Shown: piece by piece, positions 18,295 to 26,840 of the stretch
Layout: every line of letters begins with the position of its first letter
How positions within the stretch are numbered: position 1 is the stretch's first letter
From: Synechococcus elongatus PCC 6301
GTDB lineage: Bacteria; Cyanobacteriota; Cyanobacteriia; Synechococcales; Synechococcaceae
Assembly (NCBI RefSeq): GCF_000010065.1
Contig: NC_006576.1
Coordinates: 1,611,138-1,643,137 of the forward strand
Reading direction: 5' to 3'
DNA length: 32,000 bases
Made by a program: the position numbers and the translations under genes
The notes under the pieces: model-generated
Databases searched by the model: none
What the model was told of the DNA's origin: nothing
What the model saw: the letters and a program-made list of their open reading frames with translations, nothing else

Positions 18295-18314
18295 TCTAGT
18301 TCTCTAGTTCTCTA
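18295..18314. repeat. short tandem repeat, 8-mer TCTAGTTC x2.5
   Basis: tctagttc tctagttc tcta is read directly in the convergent gap between the MshEN-like gene and ctaE. Confidence 0.6.
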
Positions 18315-18333
18315 AGATGGGTAATCACTAAAC

Positions 18334-18921
18334 CTAAATCAAGTAAAGCAATACAAATAAAACAATCCAGACGATATCAACAAAGTGCCAATAAATTTCA
18401 GCAGCTTCAATGCCGAAATGATGTTGGTCTGAATAATAATCTGGTTGCCGCGATCGCCACAGAACAGCCAGAATTGCCAGTAGTCCTACGAGGACGTGTA
18501 GGCCGTGGAAGCCAGTTAGGGCGTAAAAAGTGCTGGCAAACAAGTTATCTCTGAGGCCAAATGTTAACTGGCTATATTCATAAATTTGACCAACTAGAAA
18601 AACAACACCCATCAGAGCAGTAATGCCAAAGTAGCGCTGAACCGCTTTGACGTTATTTTGCTTAATCGCATCTTCAGCGCCATGAATAACAAAGCTACTG
18701 CTGATTAAGATGGTTGTGTTAATCGCTGGAATGAGTAGCTCCAGCTCAGGCATTTGCTCTGCGGGTAATGAATTGACAGCCCGAAAGGTGAGATAGGCAG
18801 CAAATAAGCCCAGGAAAATCATCCCTTCGGCAACAAGGAACAGAATGAGCCCAAAGATTCGATGATCAGGATGTGCTTCTTCAAGGTGATGAGTTTTTAA
18901 GGCTTCCAAAGTGCTTGTCAT
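18334..18921 (-). CDS. ctaE: cytochrome c oxidase subunit III
   Basis: ORF 18334..18972 trimmed to the ATG at 18921 ([36 protein letters not shown]...). It carries the conserved C-terminal [15 protein letters not shown] and YWHFVDIVW motifs of subunit III. Confidence 0.9.
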   Translation of the reverse strand: MTSTLEALKTHHLEEAHPDHRIFGLILFLVAEGMIFLGLFAAYLTFRAVNSLPAEQMPELELLIPAINTTILISSSFVIHGAEDAIKQNNVKAVQRYFGITALMGVVFLVGQIYEYSQLTFGLRDNLFASTFYALTGFHGLHVLVGLLAILAVLWRSRQPDYYSDQHHFGIEAAEIYWHFVDIVWIVLFVLLYLI

Positions 18922-18972
18922 AGGAGTTGCTAAGAGTGAGGACTGCAAACAAAGACTGTGTTTGAACGGCAA

Positions 18973-20598
18973 TTAAGGCTGAATAATTTTGCGATCGCCA
19001 TAGCCATAGGGATTGGTCACGAGCGGAGCTTCTCCAACCCAATTCTCAACAGGCGGAGGAGAACTGGTAAGCCATTCGGGTGTAATGCCTCCCCAAGGGT
19101 TAGGACCAGCTTTAGCGCCTGCAATCCAGCTCCAAACTGCATTGATTAGGAAGGGAATTGTGGAAATAGCCAGGATAAATGAACCAATTGAGCAGATTAA
19201 GTTGACCGTGGCAAACTGTGGATCGTATTCAGCCACGCGGCGCGGCATGCCCTGCAAGCCTAGCCAGTGCATCGGTAAGAAGCAGAGGTTAAAGCCCACA
19301 AGCGTCAAGATGAAATGAACTTTTCCCCAGCCCTCATTCAACAGACGCCCAGTCATTTTGGGGAACCAATGATAGATGCCAGCATAGAGGCCAAAAACAC
19401 TGCCCCCGAAGAGAACATAGTGGAAGTGCGCAACGACGAAGTAGGTATCGTGAACATGAATATCAACAGGAACTGAGGCGAGCATAATGCCGCTCAGCCC
19501 TCCAATCACAAACATCGAAATAAAGCCGACACTGAAGAGTAGGGCACTCGTCAGTTGAAGTTTCCCGCCCCAAAGCGTTGCCAACCAGCTAAAAACTTTA
19601 ATGCCTGTTGGAACGGCAATGATCATGGTGGCAATCATAAAGAACATTCGCAGCCACGGTGGGGTACCACTAGTAAACATGTGGTGCGCCCAAACAATTA
19701 GGCTCAGGAAGGTAATCGCTAGGCTGGAATAAGCGATCGCTTGATAGCCAAAGATAGGCTTGCGAGCATGAACTGGCAGAATCTCAGAGATCATGCCAAA
19801 AACCGGCAGGATCATAATGTAGACCGCTGGATGAGAATAGAACCAGAACAAGTGCTGATAAACGACAGGATTACCACCACCTAATGGATTGAAGAAGTTC
19901 GTGCCTACCATTAAGTCAAAGCTGAGCAGAATCAGGGCACCAGCCAAGACTGGCGTCGATAGGATTGCCATGATTGAGGTAGATAGCATTGCCCAGCAAA
20001 ACAATGGCATTTGATTCCATCCCAAGCCAGGGCGGCGCATCTTAATGATTGTGGTGGCAAAGTTGATAGCGCCCAGGATCGAGGATGTTCCGAGCAGCAG
20101 AACACTGAGGATCCAAATCATCTCTCCGGTCTTACCACTCATCAGGCTGAGGGGTGGATAGGACGTCCAGCCTGAGCTTGGGGCTTCAACTAAGAAGCTC
20201 GCAATTAAGAGAATTCCTGCTGGCGGCAGAAGCCAAAAGGCGACAGCATTCAACTTGGGGAATGCCATGTCCCGTGCACCAATTAGCAGGGGAATGAGAT
20301 AGTTCCCAAAAGCACCACTACCCGCTGGCACGATCCAGAGGAAAATCATGACGGTAGCGTGAACCGTGAAGAGTTGGTTGTACAAATCACGGCTGACGAC
20401 ATCCACAGTCGGTGTGGCAAGTTCAAGACGAACTGCTGTCGCTAACGCCCCACCAATTAAATAAAAGATGAACGTTAAAACTAAATACTGGATGCCAATC
20501 ACCTTGTGATCGGTACTAAAGCTAAAGTATTCGCGCCAGCCAGTACTACTATGAATTTTTTCCGGTGACTGATCCGGTAGAAAAGCGGTGGTTGTCAT
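18973..20598 (-). CDS. ctaD: cytochrome c oxidase subunit I
   Basis: 541-aa ORF with HKVIGIQYL, FFNPLGGGNPVVYQHLFWFYSHPAVYI, WAHHMFTSG and VAHFHYVLFGG, which include the heme a/a3-CuB ligand motifs. Confidence 0.97.
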   Translation of the reverse strand: MTTTAFLPDQSPEKIHSSTGWREYFSFSTDHKVIGIQYLVLTFIFYLIGGALATAVRLELATPTVDVVSRDLYNQLFTVHATVMIFLWIVPAGSGAFGNYLIPLLIGARDMAFPKLNAVAFWLLPPAGILLIASFLVEAPSSGWTSYPPLSLMSGKTGEMIWILSVLLLGTSSILGAINFATTIIKMRRPGLGWNQMPLFCWAMLSTSIMAILSTPVLAGALILLSFDLMVGTNFFNPLGGGNPVVYQHLFWFYSHPAVYIMILPVFGMISEILPVHARKPIFGYQAIAYSSLAITFLSLIVWAHHMFTSGTPPWLRMFFMIATMIIAVPTGIKVFSWLATLWGGKLQLTSALLFSVGFISMFVIGGLSGIMLASVPVDIHVHDTYFVVAHFHYVLFGGSVFGLYAGIYHWFPKMTGRLLNEGWGKVHFILTLVGFNLCFLPMHWLGLQGMPRRVAEYDPQFATVNLICSIGSFILAISTIPFLINAVWSWIAGAKAGPNPWGGITPEWLTSSPPPVENWVGEAPLVTNPYGYGDRKIIQP

Positions 20599-20657
20599 TG
20601 CTTGATTGAAAATAGGAGTCGCAGATCGATCGCAAAAAACGAATGTAATTGGCAGGA

Positions 20658-21605
20658 CTAAAGAGAGGAGGCTAGCTGATGCAGATGATGGAGATGTTCT
20701 GGCTCAACCTGAAGATCTAAAGCGGCAGTTGCTGTCTCAAGACGGCTAGGGACAACGGCTGCTGTCGTAGTTTGTGATTGAATCCAGCGATCGTAATCTT
20801 CAGGAGTCTCGACGATGACCTGACTTCTCATCGCGCCGTGATAGCTACCACAGAGTTCTGCGCAAACAATAGGATAAGTTCCGAGCTGAGTGGGTGTGAA
20901 CTGCAGACGGGTTCTCTCACCAGGAATGGCATCTTGTTTGAGGCGAAACTGTGGTACCCAAAAAGCATGGATGACGTCTTGCGCTTCAATCTCAAGCTGA
21001 ACGCTTTTGCCAAGAGGTAAATGCAGTTCACCGGCAATCAAGTTGTGACTGGGATAGTTAAAAATCCAGGCGAACTGGAGGCCCTTGACATTGACTGTGA
21101 CATCCGGCAGAGCCTCTGTAGGAGCTCCGAGGCCTGCAGAAACCCGAGGAGTACTTTTGGAGTCCTGGAGTGAATCGCTGGAGAGTTCAGCGGCGATTGC
21201 AGAGTCCCGAGGCTGTGCGTGAGCCATGTGTCCGCCGCCGTGTCCCACGGAGAGCCCACCCATCGTGGTGTAAACACTAAAGCTATAGACGGAAAGGCCC
21301 AAAACAATCACCACTGGAATTCCAGTCCAGAGAATCTCGAGGGCGAGATTGCCATGGATGGGAGCGGCGTCAGTGACATCGTTGGGTTTACGCCGGAAGC
21401 GCCAGAGGATGACAAAAATGAGGCCTTGAACTAGTAAGAAGAGGCCGGTTGCAATCGTCATCATGGTATTGAACAAACCATCGACTAGAGGCGCATCTGT
21501 CGCGGCTGCAACTGGAAGCAAGCCATGGTTTTGTCCGTACCAAAGGCTTAGACAGGTGATGGCAACTCCTGCCAGTAGCGTCAAAATATTGCTGGGAATT
21601 GCCAC
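20658..21605 (-). CDS. ctaC: cytochrome c oxidase subunit II
   Basis: 315-aa ORF with a GTG start preceded by GGGAGA, two N-terminal TM helices and the CuA centre DVIHAFWVP...CAELCGSYHGAM. Confidence 0.93.
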   Translation of the reverse strand: MAIPSNILTLLAGVAITCLSLWYGQNHGLLPVAAATDAPLVDGLFNTMMTIATGLFLLVQGLIFVILWRFRRKPNDVTDAAPIHGNLALEILWTGIPVVIVLGLSVYSFSVYTTMGGLSVGHGGGHMAHAQPRDSAIAAELSSDSLQDSKSTPRVSAGLGAPTEALPDVTVNVKGLQFAWIFNYPSHNLIAGELHLPLGKSVQLEIEAQDVIHAFWVPQFRLKQDAIPGERTRLQFTPTQLGTYPIVCAELCGSYHGAMRSQVIVETPEDYDRWIQSQTTTAAVVPSRLETATAALDLQVEPEHLHHLHQLASSL

Positions 21606-21826
21606 GGAGATTCTCCCTGCACGGGTGCTCCAATCTTAACGACTGTTCCCCGTTAGGCAGGGGATTCATTCACTAAAGATGACAATATTTTTCGATTTGC
21701 TTTGGGATCATCCCAGCAGTTGGTGTGCATCGATACGAGTTCTGTAGTTATTTGTAATTTAACGAGAGAAAAATCCAAAGATCGGCTTCTTTTTGAAGAT
21801 TTAGCGTTAGGCTTCGACTACATCTG

Positions 21827-22750
21827 GTGAGGAGTATGACGGTTTCAATCGCCTCTCATCTTCAGCGTTTCAGCGGGCATTTGGCGATCGCCACTTGGCT
21901 TTTGATAGGGATTGGCGGTGCGACCCGTGTCATGAATGCTGGCCTCGCCTGTCCTGACTGGCCTCTCTGCTATGGGTCTTGGCTGCCTTGGCAGCAGTTC
22001 AATTTGCAGGTCTTTCTGGAGTGGTTTCATCGCTTGGATGCGGCGGTAGTGGGTTGTGGCACGTTGGTGATCGCTCTGGTGGCTTGGCGATCGCGATCGC
22101 AACTGCCCCGCTTTTGGCCGTGGGCTGCTACGGGTGCTTTGTTGTTGGTGGGGCTGCAAGCCACCCTAGGTGCGCTGACCGTGACAGAACTGCTGCGGTT
22201 TGATTTGGTCACTGCTCATCTCGGCACCGCCCTGCTGTTTTTTGTCAGTTTGTTAGGGCTGCAAGCAGCTCTTCAACCGCGATCGCCGCTCAATGCGGGG
22301 CAATCCCTGCCACGGCTGCTACTGCTTGTCACCGCGATCGCTGTCTACGGTCAGTGTCTGCTTGGTGCCCTAGTGGGCTCGCGATGGGCGTTGCATCAGT
22401 GTTTGGCCGGATCTCAGCTTTGTACCGTGCTGCAAAGCCATCTTTGGGGCATTGCGCCAACTACCTTGCTCGTAATCAGCCTCAGCGTTGTGGCTTGGCT
22501 TCGAGGTCAGCACCGTTGGGCCAGCCAGATAGCTGCCTTGCTGGGGTTGCAGTTGCTCTTGGGCTGGGGCACCTATTTCTGGCACCTGCAGATTGAACCT
22601 TTGACGATTGGTCACCAAATGGTGGGGGCGGCGTTGTTGGGCTGGATTGCCAGCGCCGGCTTCCGATCGGCATTTAGCCCTCTGTCATCTGTCTCTGAGG
22701 AGAAGAACCATGACGTTAAGCAGCGACAGCAGACTGAGGTTCCCGCTTGA
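21827..22750 (+). CDS. ctaA: heme A synthase (COX15/CtaA family)
   Basis: [27 protein letters not shown] and 8 TM segments. The start is GTG 21827 or ATG 21836. It is divergent from ctaCDE. Confidence 0.88.
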
Positions 22751-23666
22751 AGAGGTTGGCGCTCAGCTTCTGGCCTACTGGCAGCTCACCAAACCGCGCA
22801 TTATTCTCCTGCTGCTGATCACGACGGCAGCGGGCATGGGATTAGCCGCGCAAGGGCCCCTCGATCCTCGCCTGGCGATCGCAACTCTCATCGGTGGAGG
22901 CTTGGCTGCCGCCGCCGCCAACACTCTCAACTGCCTCTACGATCGCGACATCGACGCGATCATGGAGCGCACGCGCTGGCGTCCCTTACCCTCGGGCCGG
23001 ATTCAACCGTTCGAAGCTTGGGCCTTTGCCCTTTCCTTGGCGGCCCTGTCCTTCATCCTGCTCGACTGGCAGGCCAATCAACTAGCCGCCGGTCTGGCAC
23101 TGGCTGGAATTGTTTTCTACGTCGTGATCTACACCCACGGCCTCAAGCGCCACAGTTCCCAGAACATTGTGATTGGAGGCGCTGCCGGCGCAATTCCGCC
23201 CTTGGTGGGTTGGGCGGCCGTCACGGGTGAGTTGGCTTGGCCCGCTTGGATCCTGTTTGCCATTGTCTGCCTCTGGACGCCGCCTCATTTTTGGGCGCTG
23301 GCTCTGATGATTCGCGATGATTATGCGGCGGTCAAAGTGCCGATGTTGCCGGTCGTGGTGGGTAATGCAGCGACGGCGCAGCAAATTTTGGCCTATGCCG
23401 GTCTGCTCTTGCCGACTACGCTGGCCTTGGCTTGGCCACTCGGGGCGGCTGGCCCCTTCTATAGTGCAACGGCGCTTTTGCTGGGACTGGAACTGTTACG
23501 GCGATCGCGGCAACTCTGCCAAGCCCCAGATTCTCGTCCCCTAGCGCGATCGCTGTTCAAGTTCTCGATTTTTTATCTGATGCTGCTCTGCGGAGCGATC
23601 GCCATGGATTGCCTACCGGGAGCCCCCAGCCTCAGCCAAGCGATCGCGGCCTGGCCAGGCTTCTAG
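22710..23666 (+). CDS. ctaB: protoheme IX farnesyltransferase (heme O synthase)
   Basis: ORF 22608..23666 trimmed to the ATG at 22710, which has GAGGAG 7 nt upstream. Motifs are [33 protein letters not shown] and [13 protein letters not shown] (UbiA family). It overlaps the ctaA 3' end by 41 nt in another frame. Confidence 0.92.
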
Positions 23667-23809
23667 TCAAGGAGCGATGAGACTGAGGCATTCGCTTTGG
23701 CCTAGGAAGCGTGGTCATTAGTGCAGTCGCGACCCAAAAAGTGCAGCCAGTGCGACAGCCGTACCAAGACCTGCGACGATATCTTGTCTAGCAATTTCTG
23801 TCCGTTCTG

Positions 23810-24163
23810 ATGCCGCTGATTAAACTGCAAACTTCGATTGCTGCGCTGCCCAGCGATCAAACGACCAGCCTGTTGCAGTCCCTATCTACGACCTTGGCGC
23901 AGCAACTGGGGAAACCCGAGCGCTACGTGATGACGCTGCTGGAAACTGATGTGCCGATGACCTTTGCCGGCACTACGGCTCCAGCTTGCTATGTGGAGAT
24001 CAAGAGTGTTGGGCAGATGAAGCCCACTCAGACTGCCCAGATGAGCCGCCTCTTCTGCAACCAGATTGCCTCAGAACTGGGCATTGCCAGCGATCGCATC
24101 TACATTGAATTTGCTGATGCCCAGGGCTACCTCTGGGGTTGGAACGGTTCAACGTTTGGCTGA
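23810..24163 (+). CDS. MIF / tautomerase-superfamily protein (N-terminal Pro-1)
   Basis: The 117-aa ORF begins MPLIKLQTS..., continues LGKPERYVMTLL...PACYVEIKSVG and ends ...LWGWNGSTFG. Length, Pro-1 and the C-terminal pattern match MIF/D-dopachrome-tautomerase-like proteins. Confidence 0.85.
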   Translation: MPLIKLQTSIAALPSDQTTSLLQSLSTTLAQQLGKPERYVMTLLETDVPMTFAGTTAPACYVEIKSVGQMKPTQTAQMSRLFCNQIASELGIASDRIYIEFADAQGYLWGWNGSTFG

Positions 24164-25239
24164 TGCAGCAGCGTCCTCATCTCTATGTTGCGATTACCAA
24201 TCATGGGTTTGGCCATGCAACCCGGACCGCTGCAGTCCTGGCTGAATTGCATCGCTTGCGACCCGATGTGCGGTTCACCGTTGCGACCCAAGCGCCCCGT
24301 TGGTTGTTGGCCTCCTACTTCGGCGGTGACTTTGAGCAACGACCGGTGGCTCTTGATGTGGGAGTTGTCCAGTCCGATAGTCTACAGATCGATCGCACGG
24401 CGACTTGGGAGCGGTTGCAGCACCTTCAAGCCCAGCAGGATAGCTTGATTGAGCAAGAGGCTGCCTATCTTCAACAAGAGCAAGTGCAGTTAGTTCTGGC
24501 TGATATCCCACCCCTAGCGATCGCGATCGCAGCCAAAGCGCAGCTGCCCTGCTGGATGATGGGGAACTTTGGCTGGGATTTTATCTACGCTGATTGGGGG
24601 CACCCATTTGTCGAAATAGTCGACTGGATTCGACATCTCTACAAGGATTGCGATCGCCTGTTCCGCCTGCCCTTCCATGAGCCAATGCAGAGTTTCCCAG
24701 TGCAGGAAGCCGTGGGCCTGACTGGAGGATCGCCCCAGTTTTCCGACTGGGATCTGCGCCAGCGTTTTGATCTCAGTGCTGATGCCAAGACTGTCCTGCT
24801 CACCTTTGGCGGCTTGGGCTTGCAGCAGTTTCCCTACGATACTCTGCAGGCCTTTCCCGACTGGCAGTTTCTCAGTTTCGATCGCCAGGCACCGGATCTT
24901 CCCAATCTACGGACGATCCGCGATCCGATCTACCGTCCGGTTGACTTCATGCCGATCTGCGACTGGGTTTTTTGCAAGCCGGGCTATGGCACCTTTTCAG
25001 AAGCCTGTCGGGTTCAAGCCCCGATCGCCTCTCTGACGCGAACCGGCTTCGCCGAGGCAGAACTTTTGCTGCAGAGCTTGCAGACGATCGCCCCCCACGC
25101 CATTCTCAGCCCTGAAGCTTGCGTTGCCGGTGACTGGTCTGTGCTTAAGGAGCCTCCCCAGCCACCACTGCAGGAGTTGCCTTGGTACCGAGATGGCAAC
25201 CGTCAAATTGCCGAAGCGATTGCCGAAGCCCTGAACTAG
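24163..25239 (+). CDS. GT-B-fold glycosyltransferase-like protein related to the N-terminal domain of plant L-arabinokinase
   Basis: The ATG at 24163 shares its A with the upstream TGA (TGATG). YVAITNHGFGHATRTAAV, GNFGWDFIY, FRLPF, LLTFGGLG and CKPGYGTFSEA align, from memory, with the ARA1 N-terminal GT-like domain motifs (GHGFGHATR, NFSWDFIY, LNFGG, GKIGYGTVSEA). Confidence 0.75.
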   Translation: MQQRPHLYVAITNHGFGHATRTAAVLAELHRLRPDVRFTVATQAPRWLLASYFGGDFEQRPVALDVGVVQSDSLQIDRTATWERLQHLQAQQDSLIEQEAAYLQQEQVQLVLADIPPLAIAIAAKAQLPCWMMGNFGWDFIYADWGHPFVEIVDWIRHLYKDCDRLFRLPFHEPMQSFPVQEAVGLTGGSPQFSDWDLRQRFDLSADAKTVLLTFGGLGLQQFPYDTLQAFPDWQFLSFDRQAPDLPNLRTIRDPIYRPVDFMPICDWVFCKPGYGTFSEACRVQAPIASLTRTGFAEAELLLQSLQTIAPHAILSPEACVAGDWSVLKEPPQPPLQELPWYRDGNRQIAEAIAEALN

Positions 25240-25715
25240 TTAGGGCTAGAGTCCCAAGTGCAGTAGGGTGTGAAGCTCAGGTAGGCATTACCGTAGCGGC
25301 GATCGTGACTGACTTCCGCGCCAACCCAGTCCGGTAGAGCAAAGACTTCCTCAGGATCCGACAGTTCAATCTCAGCCACGATTAGCCCCTGATTCTGTCC
25401 CTGAAATTCATCGACTTCCCAGAGGTGGCCCGCATGTTCAACGCGATAGCGCTGCTTCTCGACCAGAAAGCCCTGGCACAGGCTAGCCAGCATTTCCTCG
25501 GCATCTGCTAAGGCAATCGGGTATTCATACTCCGATCGCGAGATGCCTAGCATGGGCCCTTTGATCGTTAGATAGCCGCGATCGCCTGCAACCCGCACTC
25601 GAATGGTGCGATTGCCATCCGCGAGTAAGTAACCCTGACGGTAGGGAACCCCCAAAGATCCCTGACGCCAACCATCACCCTGGACGAGAAACTTACGCTC
25701 AATTTCCGTTGCCAT
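25236..25715 (-). CDS. CYTH-domain protein (triphosphate tunnel metalloenzyme; CyaB/ThTPase family)
   Basis: The 159-aa ORF starts MATEIERKFLV, the EXEXK signature of CYTH. It continues RVRVAGDRGYLTIKG and VAEIEL. It lies 12 nt downstream of the oxidoreductase gene. Confidence 0.88.
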   Translation of the reverse strand: MATEIERKFLVQGDGWRQGSLGVPYRQGYLLADGNRTIRVRVAGDRGYLTIKGPMLGISRSEYEYPIALADAEEMLASLCQGFLVEKQRYRVEHAGHLWEVDEFQGQNQGLIVAEIELSDPEEVFALPDWVGAEVSHDRRYGNAYLSFTPYCTWDSSPN

Positions 25716-25727
25716 CCCGGTACTAAC

Positions 25728-26789
25728 CTAGGGAAGAATTGGCGTGATCTCTGTGGCCACTCCTGCTTCACGCCCGCTTTGCCAAGGTCGCCCATCCAGC
25801 GCCATCGTTTCAATTTCGCGGGCCAAGCGCAGCGCTTTAATTGCCTGCTCACCGCCAACGGAGGGCTGGTCGCCGCCACGCACGCAGTTGACGAAATGCT
25901 CCAGCTCAGCGTGCAACGGTTCGATATTGCTGGTTGAAACTTTCTCAATCAGACCATCTTGGCGGTAGAGCACTTGGCCATAGTCACTCGACAGATGGGT
26001 CGTTGTTTGGCGGTGAATCAGAATTTCGCTGTTGAGAAAATCTGCTTCAGTCAGGCAGTTGCGGCAGTGAGCAGCAATGCGGCGGATCTTGCGATGGGTG
26101 ACTTTGCTGGCCGTCAGAGTAGCGATGATGCCGTTAGCAAAACTCAGGGTCGCTGTCACATAGTCCAGTTGCTCAGAACCCAAAGCCTTGCTGCCGCGCG
26201 CACTGACTTGGGTGACGGGTGCATTAGCTAGAGCCAGTAACAAGTCAATGTCATGGATCATCAAATCCAAGACAACGGAGACATCGTTAGCCCGCTGAGC
26301 GTAGGGGCTCATCCGATGAGCTTCCAAAGCCAGAATTTCTTCAGTCTTGAGGACTTTGCTCAGCTCTTGGAAAGCGGGGTTAAAGCGCTCGATATGGCCG
26401 ACTTGGAGAATGCATTGGGCTTCCGCTGCTGCATTGACCAAGGATTCTGCCTCGGCCAAGCTGGCTGCGATCGGTTTTTCGATCAGTACATGGACGCCAG
26501 CCGCCAAACAGGTCATGCCCACATCGTGATGCAGCTTGGTGGGAACGGCGATACAGACCGCATCGACCAGCGTTAAAAGCTCCCGATAGTCTTCGAAGTA
26601 GCGAATCCGATAGTTGCTGGCAGTTTCTAGGCCTCGCTCGACATCAACATCAGCGATTCCAACGAGCTCAACATCTTTCAAAAAGCTAAGGACACGGGCA
26701 TGGTGTTGGCCCATGTGACCGACGCCAATCACGCCGACGCGGATCGGCTTGACCCGCTTGCTGAGGGCTTGCGCAGCAGCTGCACTCAT
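25728..26789 (-). CDS. Gfo/Idh/MocA-family NAD(P)-dependent oxidoreductase
   Basis: The Rossmann motif IRVGVIGVGHMGQHHARVL is followed by VLIEKPIA and the C-terminal alpha/beta domain. I prefer the ATG at 26789 (GGAG upstream) over the TTG at 26819. Confidence 0.85.
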   Translation of the reverse strand: MSAAAAQALSKRVKPIRVGVIGVGHMGQHHARVLSFLKDVELVGIADVDVERGLETASNYRIRYFEDYRELLTLVDAVCIAVPTKLHHDVGMTCLAAGVHVLIEKPIAASLAEAESLVNAAAEAQCILQVGHIERFNPAFQELSKVLKTEEILALEAHRMSPYAQRANDVSVVLDLMIHDIDLLLALANAPVTQVSARGSKALGSEQLDYVTATLSFANGIIATLTASKVTHRKIRRIAAHCRNCLTEADFLNSEILIHRQTTTHLSSDYGQVLYRQDGLIEKVSTSNIEPLHAELEHFVNCVRGGDQPSVGGEQAIKALRLAREIETMALDGRPWQSGREAGVATEITPILP

Positions 26790-26840
26790 CCCAGACTTCT
26801 CCAGCGAGAACCGCTCCAAGGCAGGGCACGGCTAAGACAG

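Noticed and set aside
21827-21835. GTGAGGAGT at the ctaA translation start is perfectly complementary to 9 nt of the conserved cyanobacterial sRNA Yfr1 core (ACUCCUCAC, from memory)
   Set aside because: The match is centred on a strong Shine-Dalgarno sequence (GAGGAG), so any good RBS gives most of it. It breaks at the tenth position. This is insufficient to propose sRNA regulation without target-prediction statistics.
22608-22709. 34-codon extension of ctaB ([13 protein letters not shown]...)
   Set aside because: It lies in an alternative frame inside the ctaA 3' end. The ATG at 22710 has a GAGGAG Shine-Dalgarno 7 nt upstream and gives the usual CtaB N-terminus.
23676-23720. 14-codon ORF (MRLRHSLWPRKRGH) after an AAGGAG in the ctaB / MIF-gene intergenic region
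   Set aside because: The Shine-Dalgarno to ATG spacing is only 2 nt, the peptide is tiny and highly basic, and conservation cannot be assessed. It is probably fortuitous.
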